The position numbers and the translations under genes were made by a program. Below the pieces are notes generated by a model. That model was not told where the DNA came from. It did no database searches and saw only the letters and a program-made list of their open reading frames with translations. Shown piece by piece: positions 53,101 through 64,000 of a stretch of 64,000 nt of DNA (position 1 is the first letter of the stretch; every line of letters starts with the position of its first letter). The stretch is from Moniliella sp. 'wahieum' (lineage: Eukaryota), in NCBI GenBank assembly GCA_003971905.1, contig RSEE01000021.1:248001-312000 (forward strand), given 5' to 3'.

Positions 53101-54887
53101 CTTTACCTACGTGGACCATGCGGACCGTTCGTTGATGGAACTCGCTCTGCAAGTGGTGGGGCTCAAGATGACTGGTCAGATGCACTCGGCGCGGGATGTT
53201 GCGATGCGCGTGGTTGGGTCCGGCGCTGGGAATGGGGTCTTTCAGCCGGGATGGGGCGGGGCTCGTCGACGGCTGGGGTAGATGGGCAGGAACGCTTGGC
53301 CGACGAGGACGGGTTGCATCACCGTTTTCCGGCCTTGCTCACCTCGCTGGCGCCCAGTCGTCCAAACCGTTCAACTTGCAAGATTCGCTCTTATCGTTAC
53401 TGGCGCTGTCGGATGAGCGCGTTGCGGTTCCGCCTTGGCCTGCCGAAACCGAGGAGTCTGCCGCGCCATGGTGCTCCTCTGCCCGCCTGGCTCCCCACCA
53501 GCGCGGGCGTGCGATTGGCCTGACCAATCCCGCTGGGCAAACGCTGCTTCACCTGGCTGTCGTGCTGGACTTGCCACGGCTGGTGGACGAGTGCTTGCTG
53601 CGTCGGGGCGCGCCGGTGAACGCGCAAGATGCATGTGGCCTCACCCCGCTCCACTTTGCCGCCCTCCAGGGCGCACGGACGTGGCGCGTCCTTGTTGCGC
53701 CACTTTGCCAACCCCTGGGCGCTGACGCGCACGCGCCTTTCGCCTCTCCACCTCGCTTGCTCCGCCGGACACGACGAGGTGGCGGTGCTCCTCGAGACGC
53801 ATGTTGCCCTTGTTGGTGCTGCGCCGTGGGCACGCGTGCCCATGCCCACGACGCACACGGCGCACACCGAAGCTGGTCGGAATCGGAATCAGAATCAGAA
53901 TCAGAGGCCGAGTCGGAATCCGACTCGTCCTCCGCTGCCCAGGAGCGCGAAAGCCAGAGTGACGCTGGCGTCGCGGAAGTATCACGTACCCCCGCCTGGT
54001 GGCCCTGGGGCCCCGGTGCACCTCGGTGGATGAAGACAACATGTCATCCAGCTGCCGGTCCGCGTCCGCGTCCGAGTCCGAGTCTGCGTCCGAGTCTGAT
54101 TTGGACGCGCGTCCGGCTCGTGTCCAGGCTCCTGCGCCCGTGGTCTGCTCGGATTGGCAAGCCGGGTTGGGTTCCTTGGCAAGGGAAAAGCCAGAAGCGA
54201 TGGTGGGTCCATCAAGGAGGCAGTGTCCCCCGAGAAGTTGGCCGGGTCGGAAAAGAGGGCAGTGTGTCGGAGGAAAAGAAAGCTCTTGCGGCCCGCTTGG
54301 CGGGAACGGCCTCCATGTCGATGTCCATGGCAGGGGAGACCAAGGCAGGAGCGGTCCCGTCGGTCAAGGCGGCTGCCGAGAAGCCACCGCGCTCCTTTGG
54401 CCTGTCCAAGTTGCAGCACTTCTCCCCTGCTGCCTTTACCGCTGCACCCATCTCGGTCTTCACGTGGCGTTCCCTCGAGCGAGCACGTGGGGATGCAGAG
54501 GCAGAGATCAGCAAGGAGGTTGGGCCCCAGCCTCCGGCCTACGATACCGCCGCAGCTTCCTCCTTACCCGTGTCGCACCCTCCTCCCCGGCGCGGCTCTT
54601 CTTCCGGCGGGGCGGGCGGGACCGCGATGCGCAAGCGCGGGTCCAAGGGCAAGTCCAAGGATGATGGTTGGGATCCGTCCGCAGCGCGGCTCATGGCTTC
54701 CACTGGGGGTCAAGTCGGCCAGGGGAGGGCGCGCCCTGCCTGGTGGGAGGACCGGATGTTGGTGCTGTTTTGGGTGCCGGCTCTGCTGGTGGCACTAGTG
54801 GTTTTTGGTCGTCTCTTCGGGCCGGTGGTGCACCTGTTCGAGGCCCTGCGCCAAGGAAGCCTGTTCAAGCTGTATCCTGATGCGTGA
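50162..54887 (+). CDS. Mga2/Spt23-family ER-anchored transcription factor (frameshifted)
   Basis: KSRVETQIR, VCEGCRTRERKR, RITCYCRHHKEK, PPIMITDDHK, IPT/TIG domain (EGPITGGIEVTVLG), LMELALQVVGLKMTG, ankyrin repeats GQTLLHLA/GLTPLHFAA and TM DRMLVLFWVP. Start approximate. Confidence 0.9.
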
Positions 54888-55091
54888 CGAACGTCCACGT
54901 CAGATGGGAGTCTGCCTTTCATCCCACCCACCCCCTGTCCTCGTCCCTTCGAAAATATTAAGTGGGGGCCCCGCTACCGCGTCCCTCCGCCCGCTCCTGT
55001 GGCCGTTTGCCCGTCGTCCTTGGCCCTTTTGACTTTTTGTACCGTTGTTTGCCCGCACGTTATGCATTTGCCGTTCTTGTTTGCCTTTATG

Positions 55092-55167
55092 CTTCTGTTT
55101 CTGTTTCTGTTTTTTCTGTTTCTGTTTTCTGTTTTCTGTTTCTGTATCGGTTTCGGTTTCGGTTTCC
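55092..55167. repeat. Imperfect (TTTCTG)n/(TTTCGG)n hexamer repeat downstream of the Mga2-like gene
   Basis: Directly visible in sequence. Confidence 0.8.
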
Positions 55168-56216
55168 GTATTGGCCTTTCGCCACCTTGGCTCTTGGAGC
55201 ACGGGCCCGCCAGCCCTGCGCCATCCAACCCCTTGAGCGAGCATGGCTTGGGACGATGGAGGTGATGTGCTGGGCGTGCCCACGATGGTGCGAGAGACAT
55301 TCCTTCCCCCTGTGGGCATATCACTCTGGCGATATCCACGCCCACGATGCTTGTGTACCCCTTCCCCCTTCTTCGTGGACTTATAACTTGTACCCCCCCC
55401 CATGTCCAAGCGAAAATCGTTGCCTAGAATCGACCCGTATTGAAATGAAAAGTACACGGTCCAAATAGGAGCGCGTCCCTTGCCGCGGGAATCGCGCCAA
55501 CAGAGTACGCTCGCTATCCATCCGTGTTCCTGCCTTTTCCTACCTTTTCCTACGAAAGGCACCGGCCGCCTGTCGCACACGACAGACGAGACGGAGAGAA
55601 AAGCAAAGCAACCAACGCAAGCTGGAAGGGGGGGCAGTGTTGTGGTGTCGTCATCGCCGTCATCGAATCGGTCCTCCAGACGGCCATATTACGGCGAGGG
55701 GAAGGCAGAAGGATCAAGACGAGAATGTCCCAGTGGCTGCTGCGTCCACCTCGTGATGGTTGGTTGGGTTGGGTCCCAGTCCAGGGCCCACAGAAGCGTA
55801 CATGGATGGGTGTCTGGAGATTTTGATGCCATATCCTGCTCCTCTGTTATATAACACCCAACAGAGTCGTCTCGACTACTAAGCGTGCGGGGGGTCGTTT
55901 GGCTCAAGGGATGAAAAAAGTGGCTGAGCTTCTCCTCCAGGCCAGTCCAAGGCATCGCAATCGCAAGGAGACCAAACCCATGCACAGATGGCAGAGAATC
56001 ATGCCTTCGTTCAACAGATAGGCGTAGGAGAGAAGGTGGAACTGAGAGATCTGGGCTACTAGTGAGTTCACCGTTTGGATGAAAGCAAGTGGCTATAATG
56101 CTCACTGGTCTAAGTATACCGACCAAGCGATCTGTAGATACTCCCGAACATCAGCCCATGGCTCTGGCCCAAATCAGACCGACATATATGAAGCACATTG
56201 TGGGAGCTTCTGGAGC

Positions 56217-57206
56217 TCAAGCAGGTAACAAGTTGCTCCCGTGCAACCCTCGCGCACCAAGAGAGGAGTGCCACTGAAAGCATACGAACCAGTGGACGAA
56301 AAAGAACCGGCGTCGGCGGACCAGGCCGATGCTGTGCCCATCCCATCCCCACCCGGCCGTGACGCGCTGGCGGAGTGCCGACTGTGTTCTGTGCTCTTTG
56401 GGAGGCTGCAACCCGAGTGCATCATCATGCATAGACAAGTTGTAGCGCGATAAGAGATGCGGGATAGCGGCCAGTTGAGGACCGTAGCGTGCGCATTGTC
56501 GTAGAGCTCAAACAGTGGGACCGCCAACAATTTCATGTTCTTTGGCACGGCCAAGACTTGCTCCATAGCAAGCGCGGGTGCGCTGGGTTAGTACGATGCA
56601 GGCCACACTCTGTGGTGGGGAATAGCCCACGCAGCGGAAGAGCAGACGCACTGGTGGTAGGCATGTTGATAGGTTACAGTCGCTTGCATTCTTTGGGCTT
56701 GGTGATGTGGGGCGGGATGTAGGGATACATAAATGTCTCGAACGCAGGGCGCCACCACTGGGACAGAATGTCGCCAATGTCCCAGTCGCCCCCGGTGCCA
56801 GCATCGGGCCCATCGGGCCCATAGGAAGAAGGGTCGGTCGGGTCGGGGGCTAGACGGCGGTCCATGCGTTCCCGCAAGCCCTCCACCTCGTCCTCGCCTG
56901 GGCGGAGGTAGTCGCCAGGCCTAGGCATCGAACCTGCGGTCAGCCAATCCGTGTACACACACGCAGTTCACACAGGCACACGTACAGCTTGAAGAACGAG
57001 TTGGCAATCTGCAGCATCAACACATGAGGATGGCCGTGGTCGTGGACCAGAAGCACGCCCTCGACGGTGCGACGCATGCCGTAGTCCTCGTAGTTGTTCT
57101 GCAGGCGCTGCAGACGCGCCGCCACGCTCGGATCCTCCTCGGGCTGCGCATCCTTGGTGGTGAAGGTGAACGCCGAGAGCGGCTGGAGGATGATTGTCGA
57201 CGCCAT
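56217..57206 (-). CDS. NUDT21: Cleavage factor Im 25 kDa subunit, Nudix-like (introns 56921-56985 and ~56563-56651)
   Basis: GMRRTVEGVLLVHDHGHPHVLMLQIANSFFKL|PGDYLRPGEDEVEG, QWWRPAFETFMYPYIPPHITKPKE, VPKNMKLLAVPLFELYDN. 3' end approximate. Confidence 0.93.
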
Positions 57207-57473
57207 CGCCGCGTGGTGGAGTGGGGCGGCCGGCGCGACGGGGGCGGCCCGAAGGCGGCGAGCGGCGGCCAGGGTGGCTCATTAAAATCGGCGCGGAATT
57301 GAATGCCGCCCCGCCCATTCCGCCCGTCCCGTCGCCCTGGCCTGGCGCAGCGCCGCCCAGGCGGCCCTTCGTTGAACGTTCAAGTCGCGTGAACATTCGC
57401 CTCCGTCGAGCCCAGGCCCCACCTTTTTTTTCGCCCCCAGCCGGCCACCCCCCCCCCACTCGACCGACACACC

Positions 57474-58239
57474 ATGTCCGGACGAGGCGGTCGCGGCGGC
57501 TTTCGCGGAGGCCGTGCCGGACGGTCGCGGCGGTGGGCGTGACATGCCCATGGGAGACATCTCGTTCCAGGAAATGCAGGACGCCGCACGCGCAGCTGCC
57601 CAGCTCCATCCCGTGCGTCCTCCCTTCCCCTCCCTCCCATTCTCGTCTTCCCTCACCCTTGGCTTCTTTCCGCCAGCTACTTGACTAACACTTGCACATT
57701 CTCTACAGAACAAGGATACGGTGCCTGTGCTGGCAGCGCCGACGGACAAAGAGGTGCGCAATGCCCTCTTTCAGCTAAGCTACCTCCGCCGCCAGCGGTT
57801 TTCCCCCTACTGGCCTACCATCACCCCCCCCAAGACGGCTGCGACAACAGCCAAGGCGAGCGCAACCTTGACGGGTCCATCGGCATCCTCTTCTCCCCAG
57901 CCAGCCAGCCTGAAGGAGGTCAAGATGCAAAAGGAGGTGTTTCCGCAAGATGTTTGGCGGATGTACATGGAGGGCGAGACCAAACGTGCGCTGCGGGCCG
58001 CGCGTCGCCAGGCGCGGACGAAGATTGATTGGGCCGTGTTTGACGTGGCTGGAGCTGGTGAGGGTGCTGGTGGTGAAGCAGGAGCTGCGGACGCTGCGGG
58101 CGGCTTGTCGGAGGAAGAGGTTGGGGATTATGAGGACGAGGTCGACGATGATTACAACCAAAACTACTTTGACCCAGGCGACGACGACGGCGACGATGGC
58201 GACGATGGTGGCGACGATGGTGGGGGCACATTCGAGTAG
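57474..58239 (+). CDS. RPC31: RNA polymerase III subunit C31/Rpc7 (intron ~57612-57708)
   Basis: MSGRGGRGG start, RFSPYW, FPQDVW and acidic tail DDDYNQNYFDPGDDDGDD. Confidence 0.85.
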
Positions 58240-59053
58240 CCCCTGCTCCCACCCCACACATCCTCCAAACATACCCTCCTTCCTTGCCATTCCTAGTTGG
58301 CGTCTTTGGGGTCCACCGAAACGCTCAACGTTCCATGGCACCGCCCCTATTGTCGCTTGGCTGACCGCACGAATCAATCTGTACCTCTATCCACATACGC
58401 ACACGCGCGTTCGTGCCTACGCGCGAGTCCTCTTCGTTCCGGATAGTACACCGACAGGTCAAGCTACGTTTCCTAGAGCCTCGGCATGGCACGCAAAATG
58501 CGGTCTGTAAGGTGGCAAGCTACGTGCAACGTTGACAGGAACAATCGCAATGTGATGGCCGTCGAAGAGAAAAAGGTCGGGGAAGAGAAGCAAGGAAGGT
58601 CCGTTTGGCCACCGCAGGTAGCAACACTGGGGGGAAGGGGACAGAGCACGCACATGCATACGTCGACATCAACGTACAAGAGGCTGAGCCACACGCATCC
58701 CCGTGCCCTGTCCCACGAGAACCATCTCCGTCCTCGACGCACAGGAGGCGCAAGCATCCTTGGGGGTGCATGGCTGCTAGTACGGGGCAGGTAGAGCAAT
58801 ACAGCATTCCTTCGTCGAACCAGAACGGGGCGAAAGGAGCCGAAGATCGGAGAATGAGACATAATGAATGAATGTTCCAGGGAGGAGCGGATGGGGGGAG
58901 CGAAAAGGTGGGGTAGATGGTAGTGGTATACAGGCGTGGCAGCGACAGGGACGAGCAAGACGAGTGAGGTCCCCACTCTGCTGCGCCAGGTTCATTTTGG
59001 TCGGATGAGCTTGGGGGCAACGCAAAAAAACGAGCAGGAACCCAGGCCACCGC

Positions 59054-59788
59054 CTAGAGGATGATGCATCCGCCGCAGCAGCCGGAACTGTGGGCGCCAT
59101 CGTCGGTTTGCATGGGCTGCATGCCACCGGCAATGCCTGCGCCCGCAGGCATCATCCCACCCGCTGTTCCCGCACCGGAGGTGGCGCCGACGCCCGCTCC
59201 CAGGCCGTACCCTGGGCCGGCGGTCCCCGTGCCCAGGTGACCGGCTGTCAGTTCGCGGTTGAAGCGGCGGATCTCGCGGACCAAGTTGTAGAACGCCTCG
59301 TCCACATTGATCCGCTGCTTGGCACTCGTCTCGGTGAACCGGCAGCCAAAGAGCTTGGCCAGTTCCCGGCCTTCGTGCGACCCAACCTGCCGCTCGTACT
59401 CCAGGTCGCACTTGTTGGCAACAACAACGACGGGGAAACGGTCCTTGTCCTTGACACGCAGGATCTGTTGGTGGAACGTACTAATCTCGTCAAACGAGCT
59501 GCGGCTGGTGATCGAGTAGACCAGCAGGAAGCCCTCTCCGGTGCGCATGTACTGCTCACGCATAGCCGAGTACTCTTCCTGGCCCGCAGTGTCGAGCACG
59601 TCGAGGAGGGCGACCTCGTCGTCAATGACGCATTGCTTGCGGTACGAGTCCTCGATGGTGGGGTCGTACTCGTCGACAAAGTGGGACTGGATGAACTGGA
59701 TGGTGAGAGCGCTCTTTCCCACACCGCCGCCGCCAACGACAACGAGCTTGTACTCGCGCAAGAACTGGGCGGGCATGACGCCAGACAT
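59054..59788 (-). CDS. RAS1: Ras GTPase, Ras1-type, 244 aa, intronless
   Basis: [33 protein letters not shown] and C-terminal GCCGGCIIL (palmitoylation Cys plus CaaX). Confidence 0.97.
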   Translation of the reverse strand: MSGVMPAQFLREYKLVVVGGGGVGKSALTIQFIQSHFVDEYDPTIEDSYRKQCVIDDEVALLDVLDTAGQEEYSAMREQYMRTGEGFLLVYSITSRSSFDEISTFHQQILRVKDKDRFPVVVVANKCDLEYERQVGSHEGRELAKLFGCRFTETSAKQRINVDEAFYNLVREIRRFNRELTAGHLGTGTAGPGYGLGAGVGATSGAGTAGGMMPAGAGIAGGMQPMQTDDGAHSSGCCGGCIIL

Positions 59789-62775
59789 GGTGGGGGGGGC
59801 AGCAGGAGAGAGGGCGGGGGGACGAGCAAGGGGCGGGGGGGTGGGGCAGAGGGGTGGCGCTGGCGAGGGCCGGTCAAGGGAACGTTGAACGTTGAACTGG
59901 ACGCTGAACGTGGAACGGCGGCAGGCGGGCCGCGTGACCAGGGAGGGGTCATGTGACCGATGAACATTGCACGTTGAATATGGGGCGGCATGGTCCCGTT
60001 GAACGTTCAAGTTGGACTTTGCGCGGACCCATGCATCCATGCGCGCCCAGCCAGCGCCACCCAGTGCCACGCCACGCACCCCACCGCACCCTACTGCACC
60101 CGCTCATGTCAGGCCCAGGCAAGCGTCTCTGTAATCGATGCCCACAGTGGAGGCAGCGTTTCTCTCAGGTAAGAAAACCAATGATGGATCGATGAGCTTC
60201 AACAAAACAGGGTGATGCCCACAGAGAGCCATATATACTGTACCAATTCCAAAGATAAGGACGAACAAGAGGGCTTTGGCCTGGGATGACATACTGTGGC
60301 AGAAATTAAAAGGGAAGAGAGGCAAATCCCAAAGCGAACCTCAGCTGGACGACGGACCGCAACAGCGAAGCAAATGCCATCAACGGTGATCCCAATTGTG
60401 CCTGTTGCGTGTAGTGTTGCATAATGCCTAAGCCCTCTTAACCCCGTTGCCATCTGAGTCAGCACTATGCGCAGATACCCTACCATATAAAAGTGGCAAA
60501 ATGGCACACGCACATATATACGTGCATGGCACCGTGATATGGCGGGAGAGGGAAGATTTATATTTGACACGGCGAGAATACGATCAAGTCTGCCAAGCCA
60601 GCCAGGTCAAATAGTGGGAGCGGTTGCACGAACCAGGGCACAGTGAACGTGGAGAGCCTGGACAAGACACAAAGCGAAAGAGATAGCATCGATAGGATTC
60701 GAGAGCGGAGAGCGCGATCTGCGGGGGAGGCGCCGCCAATTGAAAATTGCGCTGTTCCCAACCGGCCTTTTTCTCAAAGCACAGTCAGCTGCCAGCGGCC
60801 AGTCAGCCAATGACATTGGCAACGATGGTCGATGACAGAGATGAAGGGGTGCAAACGGGGCTCACCGTGAGCCGCCAGAAGGTAGTGTGTTCAAGGGTGT
60901 CTACGCCGGAGAGACATTGATGTGACGTTGCAACACGGGTGGTCGGGGTCCACCTATATTTTCCGGCGGGAGCCGCACAGGTGTTTTGGACCCTGCTTGA
61001 GTGTGCACTATATATACGCCGTGGCTTTCGCGTGACACTATCAAGCATCAAGTGCATCAAGCATCATGCATCAAGCACGCATACCGGGCATCTGTCGGTT
61101 CGACCTGTGCTACACACCCTTCTACACCCGACTCGCGTTCGTATACTCGGTTGAAATTCCAAAAGCTATAGTATCGTTCTTCAGACCGTAGCTGAGAGAT
61201 GATGGAGTTTTTTGAAGAGGGAGAGAGAGGTGTGGTCTTTCAAACCTACTATAAGGCTGCTGTTGTTTTGTCATCAACATATGCCAATCGAGCGCAATGC
61301 GTCATGCGTGTAAGAGAACCAATGCAGCAGGAGTTGCGACAGTTGCCACGGAAGGGCCCGTCCTTGATTATCGATTACTCGATTACTGGAAGCGCCCAAC
61401 AGGTTGCCATCCCTGCGACTATATTACTGGCTATACACTTCGAGTACTGAGTTACTGAGAGTACTGGGTACTGACTGACGTGTGTGACGTGTGACATGCA
61501 TGCCATGTGACATGTGACGTGGCTGACAAGTGGGACCTGGGGAGCGGCACTGAGGCTGTGTCTATTCTGACAGATGACTTTACGATCACTGATCGCTGGA
61601 GAGAGCCTTTGAGATTCGGAGATCTGAACCACGGTTGGCAGAACACGCGTTACGCGTTTGACGCGGTAAAATTGATAAACGATAAACGTTTTACGTTAAC
61701 GTTTAACCGGTAACCGTCAAAACGCTAAACGTGAGTTAGCGTTAGTCACACTGTTGCAACCGAACTCTCGAGTGTATTGTATGACGGAACCTGTCAGAGA
61801 TACGCTGGTCGGAGCGAGAATCCATTGCAAAGTCCGTCGGCGATGTGATGGGCGCGAAGTGGCGGAATGGTGCGGGCAGTTCCGCGCGCCAAACCCCCGA
61901 TGGCAAGTGGTGCCACATCCTGCATCCAACACCCCAACTTCTTTTACAGGAGGGGTGTTGTTCGCAGGGTTTTGTGGCGGAGGAGCCGAAGCAATAAGGA
62001 CGAGATAATGACCTTTTGGGGAGCCGAAGCCATAAATACGCGACCCTGAGGCCGGCAGGGTCTGAGGCTGCTGGACCATGCACCCGGGCTGTACCTGCTA
62101 TGTACGTCATGCATCAGTACTCCATTGCCTCTCTAGTTGCCAGAGGTGGAGGATGGCAGCGACGATTGCGTCACTAGTCACCCAGTCACTGGGCCCTGTT
62201 GCTGGCTGGGCCCGCAGTGCCACCACCCACCACCGGCACCCCGCACCACGCTGAGCTCAGCCGCCAATCATCATCATCAATCACCACAATCACCAATCAA
62301 ACGCATAATCACTAGATCACTCGCCAACATGCTCAAACGGAGCCGAGTGGCGTGGCGGGAGACCCGGTGACGGTGACGTGGGGCGTGGGAGGCGTGAATG
62401 TGACTGGCGAGCCAAGCTGGCAGCTTCGCGTGGCTACCGGTGGCTGATGTCGATGGCCACGGGGGCAGTGTTGGGACGCGGTTGCCTTTGTCGCATGCCA
62501 CGCCCGCCTCCCTATCCGTCTCTGGCTGCGTCAGCGGCATCCCATCCTCCCCGCCTCGCCTCTCCCGCCCGCTGTCCTGCGCCTCCGCCCGCCGAGCCAA
62601 GCCATCGCCCATCTCGCCCGCCTCGCGCCCGCCCCCGCCCGCTTCTCGCCCGCTCTTCGCCCCCGCTATTTTGGGCCTTCGTATATATCTGTCCGCGTCT
62701 CTGCCCTCCCTCCCCCCACCGACCGCTTCTTCCCCCGTCTTTCTTCCTGGCCTCTCCCTTGCCCCAGCGAACAAC

Positions 62776-64000
62776 ATGGCTACTGCAATCTCGGCCGCCC
62801 CTGCGCCATCCGACGCCCCTCCCCGTCCGCAAGTCCCCTCCTAACAATAACCTCACCTCCGCCGCCGCCGCCCACGCCAACTCTTCCCGCCCCTCGGCGG
62901 CAAACCACAGGACTGCTGCCGCTCCTGTGTCATCAAAGCCACCCACAGCCGGCGGCTGTGTCCGCCAGAACCTCGTGACCCGTACTATGGCTTTGGACGT
63001 ACGTTTTGCCTCCTTTTCCTTGCCCCCTCCGCCATCACCGTGCTGTCTGTACACTGTGCTTGAACCCGAGTTGCTGACCGTAGTTCGTGATGCATGGTGC
63101 AACAGGCATGTCCCTTTTGTCGGAGCGGTTGATCAACATTCTCTTTGGTTGTTCCAGTACCAGTACGGAGAGGCCTCCAGCGCCCTCGGAGGCTGGATCT
63201 GCACAACGTCCTGTGCCCCCGCCTCTTGCCAAATTTGTGGCGTATGCGCTGTACCGCACCCGCTTGCCCGAAGCAGTAAGCTACCACGCCCTGTACCTGC
63301 TCATGCGGTTGAAACAGTACTTCCCGCAAGCACGCGGCACGTGTGGCCACTCGCTTTACATTAGCGCCCTGATGTTGGCCAGCAAGGCGCTGTGCGATGA
63401 CACGTACAGCAACAAGAGCTGGACCATTGTTAGCCAAGGTCTCTATTCGCTCACCGAGGTCAACCATATGGAACGCGAACTGATTGGCTTTCTCAATTAC
63501 AATGTCAACGTCGACCCGTTCCAGTTGCACCAATTTATCCAAGCGCTTTCCCACCCCTCTGTCGACTTGGTCCAGTATCTCCACCGGGCTTGTATTGCGC
63601 GCTCTTGTGCCTCGCCTTTGCCCCCAAGCCCTGCCACGACCGCATCGGACCTGCCATCCTCTCTTTCGGAGCGTTCGCAGCATGGCGTGAGCTGTAGCCC
63701 GGCGGCGCGCTGCGAGGCTCTCTCGACCCAACCTGCGTGTGGCGCATCGACCCCACCGTGCGCGGCACAAAGGGAATCCAACCCGTCACACCAGCCAGTC
63801 TCTCACCTACTACCGCTGTGAAGCTCCTTGCTATTACCCTGCCGCACCGCCCCCCGCTGCCTTGGCCCATCACATTCCTTGGTCCACGATGCAGAGTGGG
63901 AGTTGAGCATGTCGGAGATGCCGCGCCTGTCGTGCTCTTCGGCAGCCAGCAGCACTTCGGGACTGAGCAACCTGGAAATGCTCTCGCCGTTGGGGCACCA
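62776..64000 (+). CDS. Pho85-type (Pcl-like) cyclin (intron 62999-63105; probably continues past the window)
   Basis: DPYYGFG|RMSLLSERLI, FVAYALYRTRL, ALMLASKALCDDTYSNKSW and EVNHMERELIGFLNY cyclin box. Confidence 0.88.

Noticed and set aside
32725..58239. BDP1, RPA12, RPC31, SYF2 and CFIm25 as a functional gene-expression cluster
   Set aside because: They are interspersed with unrelated genes, which is expected by chance in a compact genome.
59090..59991. Long antisense and alternate-frame ORFs over Ras (similarly over CK1, Hsp70 and others)
   Set aside because: Shadow ORFs caused by high GC at third codon positions; no recognisable domains.

Overview
Gene-dense, GC-rich fungal DNA, most likely a basidiomycete, inferred from short GT..CTRAC..AG introns and the protein families present. 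Housekeeping genes in order: ATM1, mitochondrial ThrRS, a long uncharacterised low-complexity protein, a GH20 hexosaminidase, BDP1, a GLTSCR1-domain protein, GET1, a secreted/membrane protein, SYF2, casein kinase I, RPA12, Mga2/Spt23, CFIm25, RPC31, Ras and a Pho85-type cyclin. Most carry scattered 1-nt frameshifts that are probably assembly errors, so CDS limits are approximate. The stand-out region is a ~15 kb island (14.9-29.7 kb) with three tandem, intronless, atypical cytosolic-type Hsp70 genes. Copies 2 and 3 keep the ATPase motifs but have Phe at the DnaK V436-equivalent pocket position and an altered interdomain linker. All three copies have divergent peptide-binding loops and an Arg/Gly-rich tail in place of EEVD. 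The spacers contain a solo-LTR-like element with a GGCCA target-site duplication (three direct copies, one inverted), a nested 250-bp solo LTR and two Helitron-like insertions. All comparisons were made by eye.
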